Assembly: GCA_943787795.1 (NCBI GenBank)
Contig: CALSNU010000002.1
Location: 192,001-256,000, forward strand
Origin: an uncultured bacterium
GTDB taxonomy: Bacteria > Planctomycetota > UBA1135 > GCA-002686595
Direction of reading: 5' to 3'
Length of the DNA stretch: 64,000 nt
The notes under the pieces are model-generated. The model worked only from the letters and a program-made list of their open reading frames with translations, made no database searches and had not been told where the DNA came from. Numbering within the stretch: the first letter of the stretch is position 1; the number at the start of each line of letters is the position of its first letter. This document shows positions 1 to 9,998 of the stretch, in pieces. A program made the position numbers and the translations under genes.

Positions 1-2538
1 TGCGCCCAGTGCCACGACCACAAGTTCGACCCGATCAGCCAGCGCGACTACTACGCGATGTACGGGTTCTTCAACTCCATGACCGAGGAGGCGACGGACC
101 GGAACATCGAGAACCCGGTCCCCTTCCTGCGCGTCCCGCTCCCCGAGCAGGCGGGCAGGCTCGAGGAGATCTCCGCCGCGACCTTGGCGCTGACAGAGGA
201 GCTGGACCGACCCAACCCGGAGCTCGACGAGCGCGAGCGGCGCTGGATCGAGAGGACCTCCCAGGAGGTCCTGGGCCGCTGGAAGACCGTCATCCCCGAG
301 CGGGTCGCGGCGACCGAGGGCGTGGAGCTCACCGTCGAACCGGAGAGCGGCGTCGTGGTCGCGGGCGGAGCGAACCCCCACAACACCACCTACACCATCG
401 ACGCCTGGGTGCCGCCAGGACAGATCGAGGGGCTGCGGCTCGACGCCCTGGTCCCCGAGGGCCGGGCCCTGCCCGGCCGCGCGAGCAACGACAACTTCGT
501 GCTCACCTCCGTGGAGGTCCTCGCCGCCCCCGCCGACCGGCCCGAGGAGCTCCAGCCGATCGGCCTCGGCGCCGCCGTCGCCACCCACAGCCAGGATCGC
601 TTCCCCATCACCGGCGTCCTTGACCCCTCCTCCGCGAGCGGCTGGGCGGGACTCGGGAAGACCGGAGACCGGTCGGCGCTGCTGGTCCCCACGCGCGGCT
701 TCGGGTGGGCCGAGGGCACGGAGCTCCGGGTCAAGCTGGTGTACGCCTCCGTCCACTCCCAGCACGGCCTCGCGCGCTTCCGCCTCGCCGTCCGGCGCTC
801 CGACGACCTCGAGCCGGCCCTGCGCACGGGCACCTGGCACCGCGCCCACTTCCCCGCCTCCGCGGCCGCGGGTCTCTACGACGAGCCACACCCGCCCCAG
901 GACCAGATCGCCGGAGGCGTGGACCTCTTCCGCGAGGCGGCCCCCGGCGTCCCGTGGACGGCCCACCCCGAGTACTCCGAGGGTCGCCGCCACCTGTTCG
1001 AGAGCGGCCTCGGCGTGCACTTCCTGGTACAGCGCATCGAGGCCCGTGAGGCCCGCAGGATCGAGCTGCTCCTGGGCAGCGACGACGGCGTTGAGGCCTG
1101 GCTGAACGGCGAGCTGGTGCACTCCAACCGCGTGGCCCGCGGGGTCAACATCGATCAGGACCGGGTCCCGCTCTCCCTCGCGGCCGGCGACAACGAGCTC
1201 GTGCTGAAGGTGGTGAACACCGGCGGCGCGGGGGGTTTCTCCTGGCGGCTCGTGGACGGCGGAAGCGCGGACGGCCTGCCCCCGGCCATCGAGCTCGCCA
1301 TGCAGACCCCGCTCGCCGAACACACCCAGGCGACCCGCGACCTGACGCGGGTCTTCTGGCGCCGCAGCCACGCCGAGGAGTGGGCCGCGGCCTTCGACGA
1401 GCGAGAGGCCCTGGCCGCCGAACGAGCCACCATCGAGGGGGCGCTGCCCAGCACCATGGTCTCCGAGGAGCGCTCCGAGCCCCGGCCCGCCCACGTCCTG
1501 ATGCGCGGAGCCTATGACAAGCTCGGGGAGGTGGTTGAGCCCGCGACCCCCTCGGCGCTCCCGCCCCTCCCCGCGGACGCACCGCGCAACCGCCTCGGGC
1601 TCGCGCGGTGGATCGTCTCCGGCGACAACCCGCTCACCGCCCGGGTCTGGGTCAACCGCGCCTGGCAACACTTCTTCGGGGCCGGCATCGTCGCGACCCC
1701 CGACGACTTCGGGAACCAGGGCAAGTGGCCGAGCCACCCCGAGCTGCTGGACTGGCTGGCCGTGACCTTCGTGGAGAGCGGCTGGGACATGAAGGCCATG
1801 CACGAGCGGTTGGTGCTCAGCCGCGCCTACCGCCAGGACTCCAACGTCCGGCCCAACGAGCTCGAGGTCGACCCCGACAACCGCCTGCTGGCCCGGAGCT
1901 CGCGCTTCCGCCTCGACGCGGAGGTCCTCCGAGACCAGGCCCTGCACGTGGCCGGGCTCCTCGACGAGACCATGGGCGGCCCGGGCGTCCGGCCCTACCA
2001 GCCCGAGGGGATCTGGTTCGCCGTGGGTTACAGCGGCAGCAACACGGTGCGCTACGCCCAGGGTCCGAAGGAGGACCTGCACCGCCGGTCGCTCTACACC
2101 TTCTGGAAGCGCACCGCGCCGCCCCCCAACCTGACCACCTTCGACGCGCCCATGCGCGACGCTTGCACCGTCCGCAGGGAGCGCACGAACACGCCGCTCC
2201 AGGCGCTGGTCATGCTGAACGACCCCACCTACGTGGAGGCGGCCCGCTTCATCGCGGCCCGCGTCCTGCGGGAGGCCGGACCGTCGCACCTGGAGCGCGC
2301 GGGGCACCTGTTCCAGCTGGTCGCCAGCCGGACGCCCACCGGTGAGGAGGCGGACCGTATCGCCCGGCTCGTCACCGCGCTCTCCGCGGACTTCGAGGCG
2401 GACCCCCTCGACGCCGTGGAGCTGGTCGCGACCGGGGACCTGGAGGTCCCGGCGGACGTGGACACCATCGAGCTCGCGACCTGGACGCTCACGGCCAGCG
2501 CCATCCTGAACCTGGACGAGGTCCTGACGAGGAACTGA
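1..2538 (+). CDS. DUF1549/DUF1553 (PSD1) planctomycete cytochrome-c-associated protein, 5' truncated
   Basis: Frame 1 is open from base 1 and reads [18 protein letters not shown] (CxxCH). C-terminal DUF1553 motifs [39 protein letters not shown] and TNTPLQAL are present. The stop overlaps the next ATG. Confidence 0.9.
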   Translation, partial: CAQCHDHKFDPISQRDYYAMYGFFNSMTEEATDRNIENPVPFLRVPLPEQAGRLEEISAATLALTEELDRPNPELDERERRWIERTSQEVLGRWKTVIPERVAATEGVELTVEPESGVVVAGGANPHNTTYTIDAWVPPGQIEGLRLDALVPEGRALPGRASNDNFVLTSVEVLAAPADRPEELQPIGLGAAVATHSQDRFPITGVLDPSSASGWAGLGKTGDRSALLVPTRGFGWAEGTELRVKLVYASVHSQHGLARFRLAVRRSDDLEPALRTGTWHRAHFPASAAAGLYDEPHPPQDQIAGGVDLFREAAPGVPWTAHPEYSEGRRHLFESGLGVHFLVQRIEAREARRIELLLGSDDGVEAWLNGELVHSNRVARGVNIDQDRVPLSLAAGDNELVLKVVNTGGAGGFSWRLVDGGSADGLPPAIELAMQTPLAEHTQATRDLTRVFWRRSHAEEWAAAFDEREALAAERATIEGALPSTMVSEERSEPRPAHVLMRGAYDKLGEVVEPATPSALPPLPADAPRNRLGLARWIVSGDNPLTARVWVNRAWQHFFGAGIVATPDDFGNQGKWPSHPELLDWLAVTFVESGWDMKAMHERLVLSRAYRQDSNVRPNELEVDPDNRLLARSSRFRLDAEVLRDQALHVAGLLDETMGGPGVRPYQPEGIWFAVGYSGSNTVRYAQGPKEDLHRRSLYTFWKRTAPPPNLTTFDAPMRDACTVRRERTNTPLQALVMLNDPTYVEAARFIAARVLREAGPSHLERAGHLFQLVASRTPTGEEADRIARLVTALSADFEADPLDAVELVATGDLEVPADVDTIELATWTLTASAILNLDEVLTRN

Positions 2539-4016
2539 TGCAGCACCCCCTCCACGACTCCCCCATCGCCGAGCGCGCCGCGCACCTCACCCGCCGCCAG
2601 TTCTTCGGCAGGACCGCCACGGGCATCGGCACCGCCGCCCTGGCCTCGGTCCTCGGGCCGCGCGCCCTCGCGGCGCCGGCCATGGGCGACCGGACCGGCG
2701 GCCTCCCGGGTGTCCCCCACTTCGCCCCCAAGGCCAAGCGGGTCATCTACCTGTGCATGTCCGGCGCCCCCAGCCAGTTCGAGACCTTCGACTGGAAGCC
2801 GCGCCTGCGGGACATGTTCGACCAGGAGCTCCCTGACTCCATCCGCAACGGCCAGCGCATCACCACCATGACCTCCGGTCAGACGCGCTTCCCCATCGCT
2901 CCCTCGAAGTTCGACTTCGCCCGCCACGGCGAGGCGGGGACCGAGGTCTGCGAGACGCTCCCCTGGACGGCGAAGATGGTGGACGACCTGTGCGTCATGC
3001 GCAGCGTCCACACCGACGCCATCAACCACGACCCCGCCATCACGTTCATGCAGACGGGGTCCGAGCAGCCCGGCCGGCCGAGCTTCGGCGCCTGGCTCTC
3101 CTACGGGCTCGGCTCCATGAACCGAGACCTGCCGAGCTTCGTGGTCATGACGCCGCGCTGGAAGGGACGACGCGAGGCCCAGGCCCTCTACCAGCGCCTG
3201 TGGGGCTCAGGCTTCCTCCCCTCCGAACACCAGGGTGTCGCCCTGCGCGCAGGCGGCGACCCGGTGCTGTACCTGAACGATCCGGACGGCGTCGACCGCA
3301 AGAAGCGGCGCGAGATGCTCGACCTCGTGTCCGAGCTGAACTCGAAGCGAGCCGACGAGGTCGGCGACCCGGAGATCCGGGCGCGCATCGAGCAGTACGA
3401 GATGGCCTTCCGTATGCAGTCGGCGGTGCCCGAGCTCACCGATCTCTCCGGCGAGCCGCAGTCGGTGCTGGACCTCTATGGCCCCGACGCCAACGTGCCG
3501 GGCACCTTCGGCGCATCGTGCCTCCTGGCGCGCCGCCTGGTGGAGCGCGACGTGCGCTTCGTCCAGATCTACCACCGGGGCTGGGACCAGCACGGCAACC
3601 TGCCCAATGACCTGGGCAACAACTGCCGGGACATCGACCAGCCCGCCTACGGGCTGATCCAGGACCTCAAGAACCGCGGGCTCCTCGAGGACACCCTGGT
3701 CATCTGGGGCGGCGAGTTCGGCCGGACCACCTACTGCCAGGGGGCCCTCTCCAAGGAGAACTACGGGCGGGACCATCACCCGCGCTGCTTCTCCATGTGG
3801 ATGGCCGGAGCCGGCGTGAAGACGGGACAGACCTACGGCACCACGGACGATTTCTCGTACAACATCGTCGAGGACCCCCTGAGCGTGTACGACCTCAACG
3901 CCACGATCCTCCAGCTGCTGGGCATCCAGCACGACCGCCTCACCTTCCGCCACGCTGGCCGGGACCACCGGCTGACCGACGTGCACGGCGAGGTCGTCCA
4001 GGCCCTGCTGGCCTGA
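2538..4016 (+). CDS. DUF1501 family protein (Tat signal, sulfatase-like fold)
   Basis: TRRQFF twin-arginine motif, [31 protein letters not shown] and GRDHHP. This is the usual partner of DUF1553 genes. Confidence 0.92.
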   Translation: MQHPLHDSPIAERAAHLTRRQFFGRTATGIGTAALASVLGPRALAAPAMGDRTGGLPGVPHFAPKAKRVIYLCMSGAPSQFETFDWKPRLRDMFDQELPDSIRNGQRITTMTSGQTRFPIAPSKFDFARHGEAGTEVCETLPWTAKMVDDLCVMRSVHTDAINHDPAITFMQTGSEQPGRPSFGAWLSYGLGSMNRDLPSFVVMTPRWKGRREAQALYQRLWGSGFLPSEHQGVALRAGGDPVLYLNDPDGVDRKKRREMLDLVSELNSKRADEVGDPEIRARIEQYEMAFRMQSAVPELTDLSGEPQSVLDLYGPDANVPGTFGASCLLARRLVERDVRFVQIYHRGWDQHGNLPNDLGNNCRDIDQPAYGLIQDLKNRGLLEDTLVIWGGEFGRTTYCQGALSKENYGRDHHPRCFSMWMAGAGVKTGQTYGTTDDFSYNIVEDPLSVYDLNATILQLLGIQHDRLTFRHAGRDHRLTDVHGEVVQALLA

Positions 4017-4030
4017 CCCCAGTCTCGAAG

Positions 4031-5206
4031 ATGCCCCGACCCAACCCCCGCCGTGCCGCTGGCGCGACCCTCCTCCTCCGCACCTCGCCGCTCTGGATTC
4101 CGCTGGTGGTGGGCGCCTGTAGCACCGGCGCCGACCTCGTCCAGGCGGAACAGGCCGCCGAGCAAGCGGAGATCCGGCAGGCCGGGCTCGACGCGCTGGA
4201 GGCGGCGGCCGCGGCAGGCGACCTTGCCTCGCAGATGCGGCTGGCCTCCATGTACTACGACGGGCGGACCGTCCCCCGGGATCGCGGGAGGGCCGCCGTC
4301 TGGTACCGGGCCGCCGCCGACCAGGGGCTGGCCGAGGCCTACTACTCCCTCGGGATCATCCTGGAGGACGGCGACGGCCTCCCCCAGGACGCCGCGGCCG
4401 CGGTGGCCGCGTACCGCGTGGCCGCGGAGGCGGGGGTCGCTGAAGCTCAGACCAACCTTGGGCTGATGGCGCTCCGCGGAGAGGGGATGGAGCCCGACCT
4501 GAAGGTGGCGTACCTCTGGCTCTCACGAGCCGCTGAGCTCGGCGTCGCCAGGGCTCAGTTCATGCTCGGGTCCATGATCGCCAACGGCAGGGGCGCGAGC
4601 CCCGACACCGCGCTCGCGGTCCAGTGGTACGAGCGCGCCGCCAGGCAGGGCCTCGGTCCCGCCCAGGAGGTCCTCGCCGCCGCGCTCCTCACGGGAGACG
4701 GAGTGCAAAGAGACCCGAGCCTCGCGGCTCGGTGGCTCGAGCTCGCTGCGGACCAGGGATCAAGCAGAGCACAGGAGCGGCTCGGCCTGCTCCTCGTCGC
4801 AGGGGCCGATGGGATCCCCAAGGACGCTCCCGCCGGCGCCGCCTGGCTGCTCAAGGCCGCCGAGGGGGGCACTCCCACGAGCCAGTTCAACCTCGGATTG
4901 CTCTACATCCGTGGCGACGGCGTGGAGGCCAACGATCGCGAGGCCTTCCGATGGTTCTCCGCCGCGGCAGAACAGGGGCTGAGTGAAGCCCAGACGCGGG
5001 TGGGCGCCATGGCCGAGGCCGGCCGCGGCGTTCGCAAGAACGTTGTGGTCGCCGCGAGCTGGTACATGGTCGCCGGCCGGGAGGGGAACCTCGGCGCCCT
5101 GCGCCGGCTGGAAGCCCTCGACCAGAACCTGTCCGCGTCCCAGCGCCAGGCCGCCCAGGAGCGCGCCCTCGCCTGGGAGCAGGCGCGCGCCGGAACAGCC
5201 CGCTAG
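4031..5206 (+). CDS. Sel1-repeat (SLR) protein, probable lipoprotein
   Basis: Repeated A..G...AQ..LG..Y..G.GV..D...A..W units and an LVVGAC lipobox-like segment. Start moved to the ATG at 4031. Confidence 0.85.
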   Translation: MPRPNPRRAAGATLLLRTSPLWIPLVVGACSTGADLVQAEQAAEQAEIRQAGLDALEAAAAAGDLASQMRLASMYYDGRTVPRDRGRAAVWYRAAADQGLAEAYYSLGIILEDGDGLPQDAAAAVAAYRVAAEAGVAEAQTNLGLMALRGEGMEPDLKVAYLWLSRAAELGVARAQFMLGSMIANGRGASPDTALAVQWYERAARQGLGPAQEVLAAALLTGDGVQRDPSLAARWLELAADQGSSRAQERLGLLLVAGADGIPKDAPAGAAWLLKAAEGGTPTSQFNLGLLYIRGDGVEANDREAFRWFSAAAEQGLSEAQTRVGAMAEAGRGVRKNVVVAASWYMVAGREGNLGALRRLEALDQNLSASQRQAAQERALAWEQARAGTAR

Positions 5207-5329
5207 AGCCCTCGGGTGGTGGTGCAGCCCCGGCGCCCGGGCTCGAGACTGTCCTCGATGGAGACCGGCCCGCCATCTTGATGTTCTGGGCCTCAGGGCG
5301 CGTCCCTGGTTCAGGTCGATAGCAGCCCC

Positions 5330-6379
5330 ATGGCTCGCACGACGCTCCCCCTGCTCACCACTCTCTTCCTCTCGGCCTGCGCCACGACACAGTCCGGGCT
5401 CCGGGCGTACCACGGGGGGGACTACTCGGCCGCCATCGGGGCCTGGACGCCCCTCGCCGAGGCAGGTGAGCCCGCCGCTCAGTTCTTCCTGGGGACGATG
5501 TACGACGATGGGATCGGCGTCGAAGAGGACAAGCTCGAGGCGCTCGAGTGGTACCTGTTGGCGGCGGGCAGCGGCCACCCCAAGGCCCAGACCAACCTGG
5601 GCCTCCTGTACTTCCACGGTAACGGCGTCGCGCGCTCCCACGAGCGCGCGCTGCGGTGGTTCCAGCGCGCGGCAGAGCAGGAGTTCCCGGAGGCGGAGAG
5701 CAACCTGGGCGTGCACTTCCTGCTCGGCATCGGCGTCGACCCCGACGCCGAAGAGGCCCACAGGTGGTTCACTCGAGCCGCCGCGCATGGCCACGCCAAA
5801 GCCCAGCGGATCCTCGGGACCATGTTCGAGGAGGGGACCGGATGCGAGACCGACGACCGCGCCGCAGCGAGGTGGTACGAAGAGTCTGCGCGCAGCGGCG
5901 AGTCCGACGCCATGCTCCGGCTGGGCGTCATGCACCTGGAGGCGCGCGGGGTCCCGCTCGACGAGGGCCGCGCCGCTGAGCTCCTGACGGGAGCCGCCAA
6001 GGCGGGACAGGTGGACGCACAGGTGCTGATCGGGTGGATGCACTTCACCGGCCGAGGCGTCCCCAGGAACCCCGCGAAGGCGTCCGCATGGCTCGCCGCC
6101 GCCGCCCATCAGGGCGACCGCGGGGCTCAGGCGAGCTTCGGGCGGGCTTGCATTGAGCAGGCCACGACCGATCAGGCGCTGACCGAGGGGGTTCAGTGGA
6201 TCCAGCTCGCGGCGACCGAAGGCCTCGCTCACGCACAGTACGACCTCGCCCTGCTCTACCTGCGTGGGACCGGCGTGGAACGCTCCAGGGAGCAGGCCCT
6301 CCGGTGGATGGAGCGTGCCGCCGCCGCGGGTCACGCCGGGGCCATCTCGCGGCTCGCGGCGCTGAGTGACGGGGACTGA
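5330..6379 (+). CDS. Sel1-repeat lipoprotein
   Basis: FLSAC lipobox followed by many Sel1 repeats (e.g. AQTNLGLLYFHGNGV). Confidence 0.88.
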   Translation: MARTTLPLLTTLFLSACATTQSGLRAYHGGDYSAAIGAWTPLAEAGEPAAQFFLGTMYDDGIGVEEDKLEALEWYLLAAGSGHPKAQTNLGLLYFHGNGVARSHERALRWFQRAAEQEFPEAESNLGVHFLLGIGVDPDAEEAHRWFTRAAAHGHAKAQRILGTMFEEGTGCETDDRAAARWYEESARSGESDAMLRLGVMHLEARGVPLDEGRAAELLTGAAKAGQVDAQVLIGWMHFTGRGVPRNPAKASAWLAAAAHQGDRGAQASFGRACIEQATTDQALTEGVQWIQLAATEGLAHAQYDLALLYLRGTGVERSREQALRWMERAAAAGHAGAISRLAALSDGD

Positions 6380-6397
6380 CTCACCGCACGCCACCCC

Positions 6398-7654
6398 TCA
6401 CCACGGCTCACCGAGCGAGCGGGCGACCCGCTCCAAGGCCTGCTCCAGGGAGGCGTCCGGGGTCAGGCCCGAGGCGGCGATGGCGATGCTCGTCTTCACA
6501 AGGTCCTCGACTCGAGGCCTCGAATTCGGGTTCAGCTGGGCCTCGACGAGAGCACGCTCGAACAGGTCCCCGGCGATCATCTCCTTCCCCAGGACCTGAT
6601 AAGCAGCCGCCAGAGGACGCAGTGCGCGGCCCCGCCAGATGCTGTTGATGGCTTCCCGCAACTCGTCGTACTTCGCCAGGGCCTGATCCGCCATGGCGCG
6701 CCCAGCCTCCATCTCTCCCGCCAGGCCCCGCAGGCGGGCCACCCGCGCGCGGAGCGCGACCTGGTCCTCGAGTAGGACCTTGCTGCCCACGACGAGGGCC
6801 TCCATGCGATCGATCTTCTCGCTGGCCAGTGAGGTGGCCTCATGCTCCAGGTCGCCCCCGATGAAGCCCTCCAGGATCTCGATCCTCGGGACGAGGGGAA
6901 TCTGACTCCAGCTCCCGATCGCGCGCTCGTAGAGCCGGTCTCGAAGCTCGCTGTCCCCGTGCACCCTGCCGTAGAAGCGCGTGACCCCCTCGAGCGCGAA
7001 GCGCGCCTCCTCGGACGTGCCCTCACGAGCGATCCTGAACAGCAGCTCTGCCTGAGGCTCGATCAGGCCGGGGTCAAGGACCCCGGCGGCATGAACCGTG
7101 AGCACCCCACCCTCCGTCGGGTCGATCCGGGCCTGGATACGCGCTGCCCGGACCTTGTCGCCCAGCTTCGCGTGGGCGAGGCCGATCCGCGCCCGCACCC
7201 GGTCCCTGCGCCAGCCCTGCTCGCTCGGTTCGGTGAGCGCCCGCTCAAACTGCTCCGCCCGTCCCAGCGCCGCCTCGGCCGCCGCGGCCTGACCGGCGTC
7301 GGCGTGGTGCACTGCAATCGCCGCAGCCCCGAGGGCCCGCCGCCAATTGGAGATCTGCTCCACCCACACCCAGGCCTCTTCGACCGGGCCCCCCGCGTCG
7401 AGCCAGGCCTCGACCAGGTCCTCCTTGAGCCGAGCGCGAGTCTTCAGGTGCGGAACCTCGGGCATCTTGGAGACCGCCGTGAAGGCGCGCCCAAGCAGCA
7501 CCTGCGCTGCTGGCAGGTCGGGAAGCGAGCGCGCCGACACCTCGCTGACAACCTCATCGGCGCCCTGGAATACCAGGCCGTGGTCGGGCGGAGTGGAGAC
7601 CGCCACGGAGGACGAGAGGGCTCCGGTCAGGAGGGTCGTGAGGATCAACAGCAT
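6398..7654 (-). CDS. Secreted helical-repeat hypothetical protein
   Basis: Hydrophobic N-terminus and an alpha-helical, TPR-like composition. It lies downstream of the 7784 gene on the same strand. Confidence 0.7.
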   Translation of the reverse strand: MLLILTTLLTGALSSSVAVSTPPDHGLVFQGADEVVSEVSARSLPDLPAAQVLLGRAFTAVSKMPEVPHLKTRARLKEDLVEAWLDAGGPVEEAWVWVEQISNWRRALGAAAIAVHHADAGQAAAAEAALGRAEQFERALTEPSEQGWRRDRVRARIGLAHAKLGDKVRAARIQARIDPTEGGVLTVHAAGVLDPGLIEPQAELLFRIAREGTSEEARFALEGVTRFYGRVHGDSELRDRLYERAIGSWSQIPLVPRIEILEGFIGGDLEHEATSLASEKIDRMEALVVGSKVLLEDQVALRARVARLRGLAGEMEAGRAMADQALAKYDELREAINSIWRGRALRPLAAAYQVLGKEMIAGDLFERALVEAQLNPNSRPRVEDLVKTSIAIAASGLTPDASLEQALERVARSLGEPW

Positions 7655-7709
7655 GGTTCGTGGGAGCGTGTTGGGCTGCGCCGCGCTGGCACATTGAAGG
7701 ACGGGGCGG

Positions 7710-7740
7710 GGCCCCCCCGCCGAGATTCGGCGAGGGGGCC
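7710..7740 (-). terminator. GC-rich hairpin downstream of C-terminal-domain gene 1
   Basis: ggcccccccgccga-gat-tcggcgagggggcc inverted repeat about 44 nt past the stop. There is no strong U-tract. Confidence 0.45.
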
Positions 7741-7783
7741 TCCTGAGACCGCGCCGCCCGGACGGCGCGGCGATCCAGTTCGA

Positions 7784-9724
7784 TCAGTTGAAGGTGACCG
7801 AGAGACCGTTGGTGAAGTTGGAGACCGCGCCGGCGGTGCCGACGTCCCGGTACCAGGCCTGGAAGTTCCAGCTCTCGCCGGCCACCGCGGACACGAAGCC
7901 CGTGGGCTGGGGGATCTGATTCAGGTCCAGGGCCAGGGAAATGATCCCGTTGGAACCGGCGTTCTGAATCTGACCCGGGCCCACGTACCGCCCGATGCTC
8001 CCGAGCAGCAGAAGGTTGCCCTCGGAGCCGCCCGGGTTCGGGACGAAGCTCTGCGTCTGGCTGGTGAGGAAGAACGCCGCCGAGCTCTGCGGGAGGCTCT
8101 GGGCGTGGATCGTCACGTCATTGTCCGAGGCCGTCAGTGAACCGGAGGCCGACATGCGCGCCACCGACCCAGTGGAGTTCGCGTTGGCCTCGCCGAAGCC
8201 CTCACCGATGCAGTCGCCGCCGGTGAAGCCGAAGGCGTTGGCCGCCGACCATCCGCAGAGCCAGTTGTTGGCCGTATCCGGCGAGAAGGCCCCACGGTAG
8301 GGCGCGAACTCATAGAACCCATCGGCGGGCGCCGAGGCGGTGGTGCTCGCCGCGTCGTTGATCGGCGTCGGATCGAGGCTCACCACGGGGATCATGATCT
8401 TCCCGCCGCGGCTCACCGGCGTGGAGCGGGTGATGCTGGCGATGGGCGAGCTGCTGGCGAGGACGTTGCTGTTGGTCGGCGCGAAGACGCCGCGGGCGTT
8501 GGCCTCGTCGTAGGCGTTCCCCGCGAGGTTACGGAAGAAGACCGTGTCCGTGATCTCGATCAGCTTGCCGCTGGGGTCCTGCGACCGGTAGAAGTCTGCG
8601 GGGTCGACGGGCGCATTGATGGTCGAGAACGTGCTCGCGGGGGTGTTCCAGCGGTCCTCGAAGGAGAGCGTCCCTCCAGCGCCATAGCCCGACGCGCCGT
8701 CACCGTCGTCGCCGTCCGCCCGGACGACCTTCTCGCCGCAGTCCATGATGATGGAGTTGCGGATCTGCACGTTAGCGTTGTCCCGCCAGGCGGTGGCGCC
8801 GTCGCCGTCTACCGGCTGACCGATGACGGTCATGTTGTAGAGCGAGGCAGTGGTGACGGGCTGATAGAAGGAGTCCTCGGCGCCGTCCATCTCGATGCAG
8901 TTGTCGCCGACACCGGAGCCCTGGTTGGCGTTGAGGCTGTAGCCCTGGACGATGAGGCCGAACTGGGCCTTGCCGCGCCAGCCCTGGTCGATGTCGAGGC
9001 TGTCGTCGCCGATGTTCCAGATGCTGAAGTGCTTCAGGTTGACCGTGCCGCCCCAGATCTCGATGCCGTCGTCGACGTTGTTCATGATCTCGACGAAGTC
9101 GATGTCCGTGCCGCGTCCAATGCCGCCAAGGGAGAGGCCGTTGAGCTCGTTGTTGAGACCGATGACCCTGCCGCCGTAGCGAAGAGAGACGTAGTTCAGC
9201 GTGCCCGAGTCGTCGTCGTCGTTGCCGCCGCCGTACTGGGCGATCGTGCTGCCAGCCGGAGGCTGGAGGCCCTCCATGTTCCCGTAGTTCGAGCCCTTGG
9301 GCTCAGGCGAGTTCGAGGGGATCGCGTTCTCGGAGATGTAGGCGTCACCCATGATGGTGATGTTGCCCCACTCGTTGGCGGACTCACGCCAGGTGCCGGT
9401 CTTGGGGTCACCGCCGACCCACGTCGCGACGTCGGCCTTGGAGGTGAAGATGACGGGGTTGCCCGACTCGCCGAGGACGAAGAGCTGCGCGCCCTTCGCC
9501 ACCGCGAGCGAGCCGCCGACCCCGGTGTCGCTGGCGATCACCGTGCCAGCCTGAATGGTCAACGTGGCGCCGGGCTCCACGTAGACCTGGGTCTGGATGT
9601 TGTACGTGTTGTTGGCGGTCCAGGTCGTCGAGGTCGTGATGTTGGACGCGACGATGATCTCCGCAGCGCTCGACGAGGAGGCCGCAAGCGCGCCAAGAGC
9701 CAGGGTCGAAAGAGCTTTCTTCAC
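7784..9724 (-). CDS. Secreted beta-helix-like protein of the TonB-receptor-associated type, with the shared ~140-aa C-terminal domain
   Basis: The GTG at 9724 gives signal peptide MKKALSTLALGALAASSSSA. Core motifs DDSGTLNYVSLRYGG, NELNGLSLGGIGRGT and DDGIEIWGGTVN are present. It ends WNFQAWYRD...SNFTNGLSVTFN. Confidence 0.85.
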   Translation of the reverse strand: MKKALSTLALGALAASSSSAAEIIVASNITTSTTWTANNTYNIQTQVYVEPGATLTIQAGTVIASDTGVGGSLAVAKGAQLFVLGESGNPVIFTSKADVATWVGGDPKTGTWRESANEWGNITIMGDAYISENAIPSNSPEPKGSNYGNMEGLQPPAGSTIAQYGGGNDDDDSGTLNYVSLRYGGRVIGLNNELNGLSLGGIGRGTDIDFVEIMNNVDDGIEIWGGTVNLKHFSIWNIGDDSLDIDQGWRGKAQFGLIVQGYSLNANQGSGVGDNCIEMDGAEDSFYQPVTTASLYNMTVIGQPVDGDGATAWRDNANVQIRNSIIMDCGEKVVRADGDDGDGASGYGAGGTLSFEDRWNTPASTFSTINAPVDPADFYRSQDPSGKLIEITDTVFFRNLAGNAYDEANARGVFAPTNSNVLASSSPIASITRSTPVSRGGKIMIPVVSLDPTPINDAASTTASAPADGFYEFAPYRGAFSPDTANNWLCGWSAANAFGFTGGDCIGEGFGEANANSTGSVARMSASGSLTASDNDVTIHAQSLPQSSAAFFLTSQTQSFVPNPGGSEGNLLLLGSIGRYVGPGQIQNAGSNGIISLALDLNQIPQPTGFVSAVAGESWNFQAWYRDVGTAGAVSNFTNGLSVTFN

Positions 9725-9931
9725 AGCGATAGTTGGGTTGGTTTTTTTTGGCCGTTCGGAAGCGTTCGGCCGGGGGGGTATGTCGGTTCGACGCGAGGAA
9801 TCTACGGCGGCCCCGGGCGGCAAGCCTCAAGCCGGTGTGAAGCGTCCTAGAAGCGCTTGTTAGCCGATCGAAACCGGCCTTGCTGGCCACTTACGGGCCG
9901 TTTCTCGCTCTCCTGGCTGTCCCGATGATCC

Positions 9932-9976
9932 AAAAAAAAGCCGCGCGCCAGGCCCAGAACGGGCGCGGCGCACGGC
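9932..9976 (-). terminator. Rho-independent terminator after the TonB operon
   Basis: GC-rich imperfect stem at 9940-9976 followed by 8 T on the minus strand (A8 at 9932-9939), just past the TPR gene stop. Confidence 0.75.
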
Positions 9977-9998
9977 GTCTCCCCTGAACCCCTGGCGG

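Noticed and set aside
4031..6379. Tandem Sel1 genes as a novel system
   Set aside because: These are common repeat proteins with no distinctive associated domain or context.
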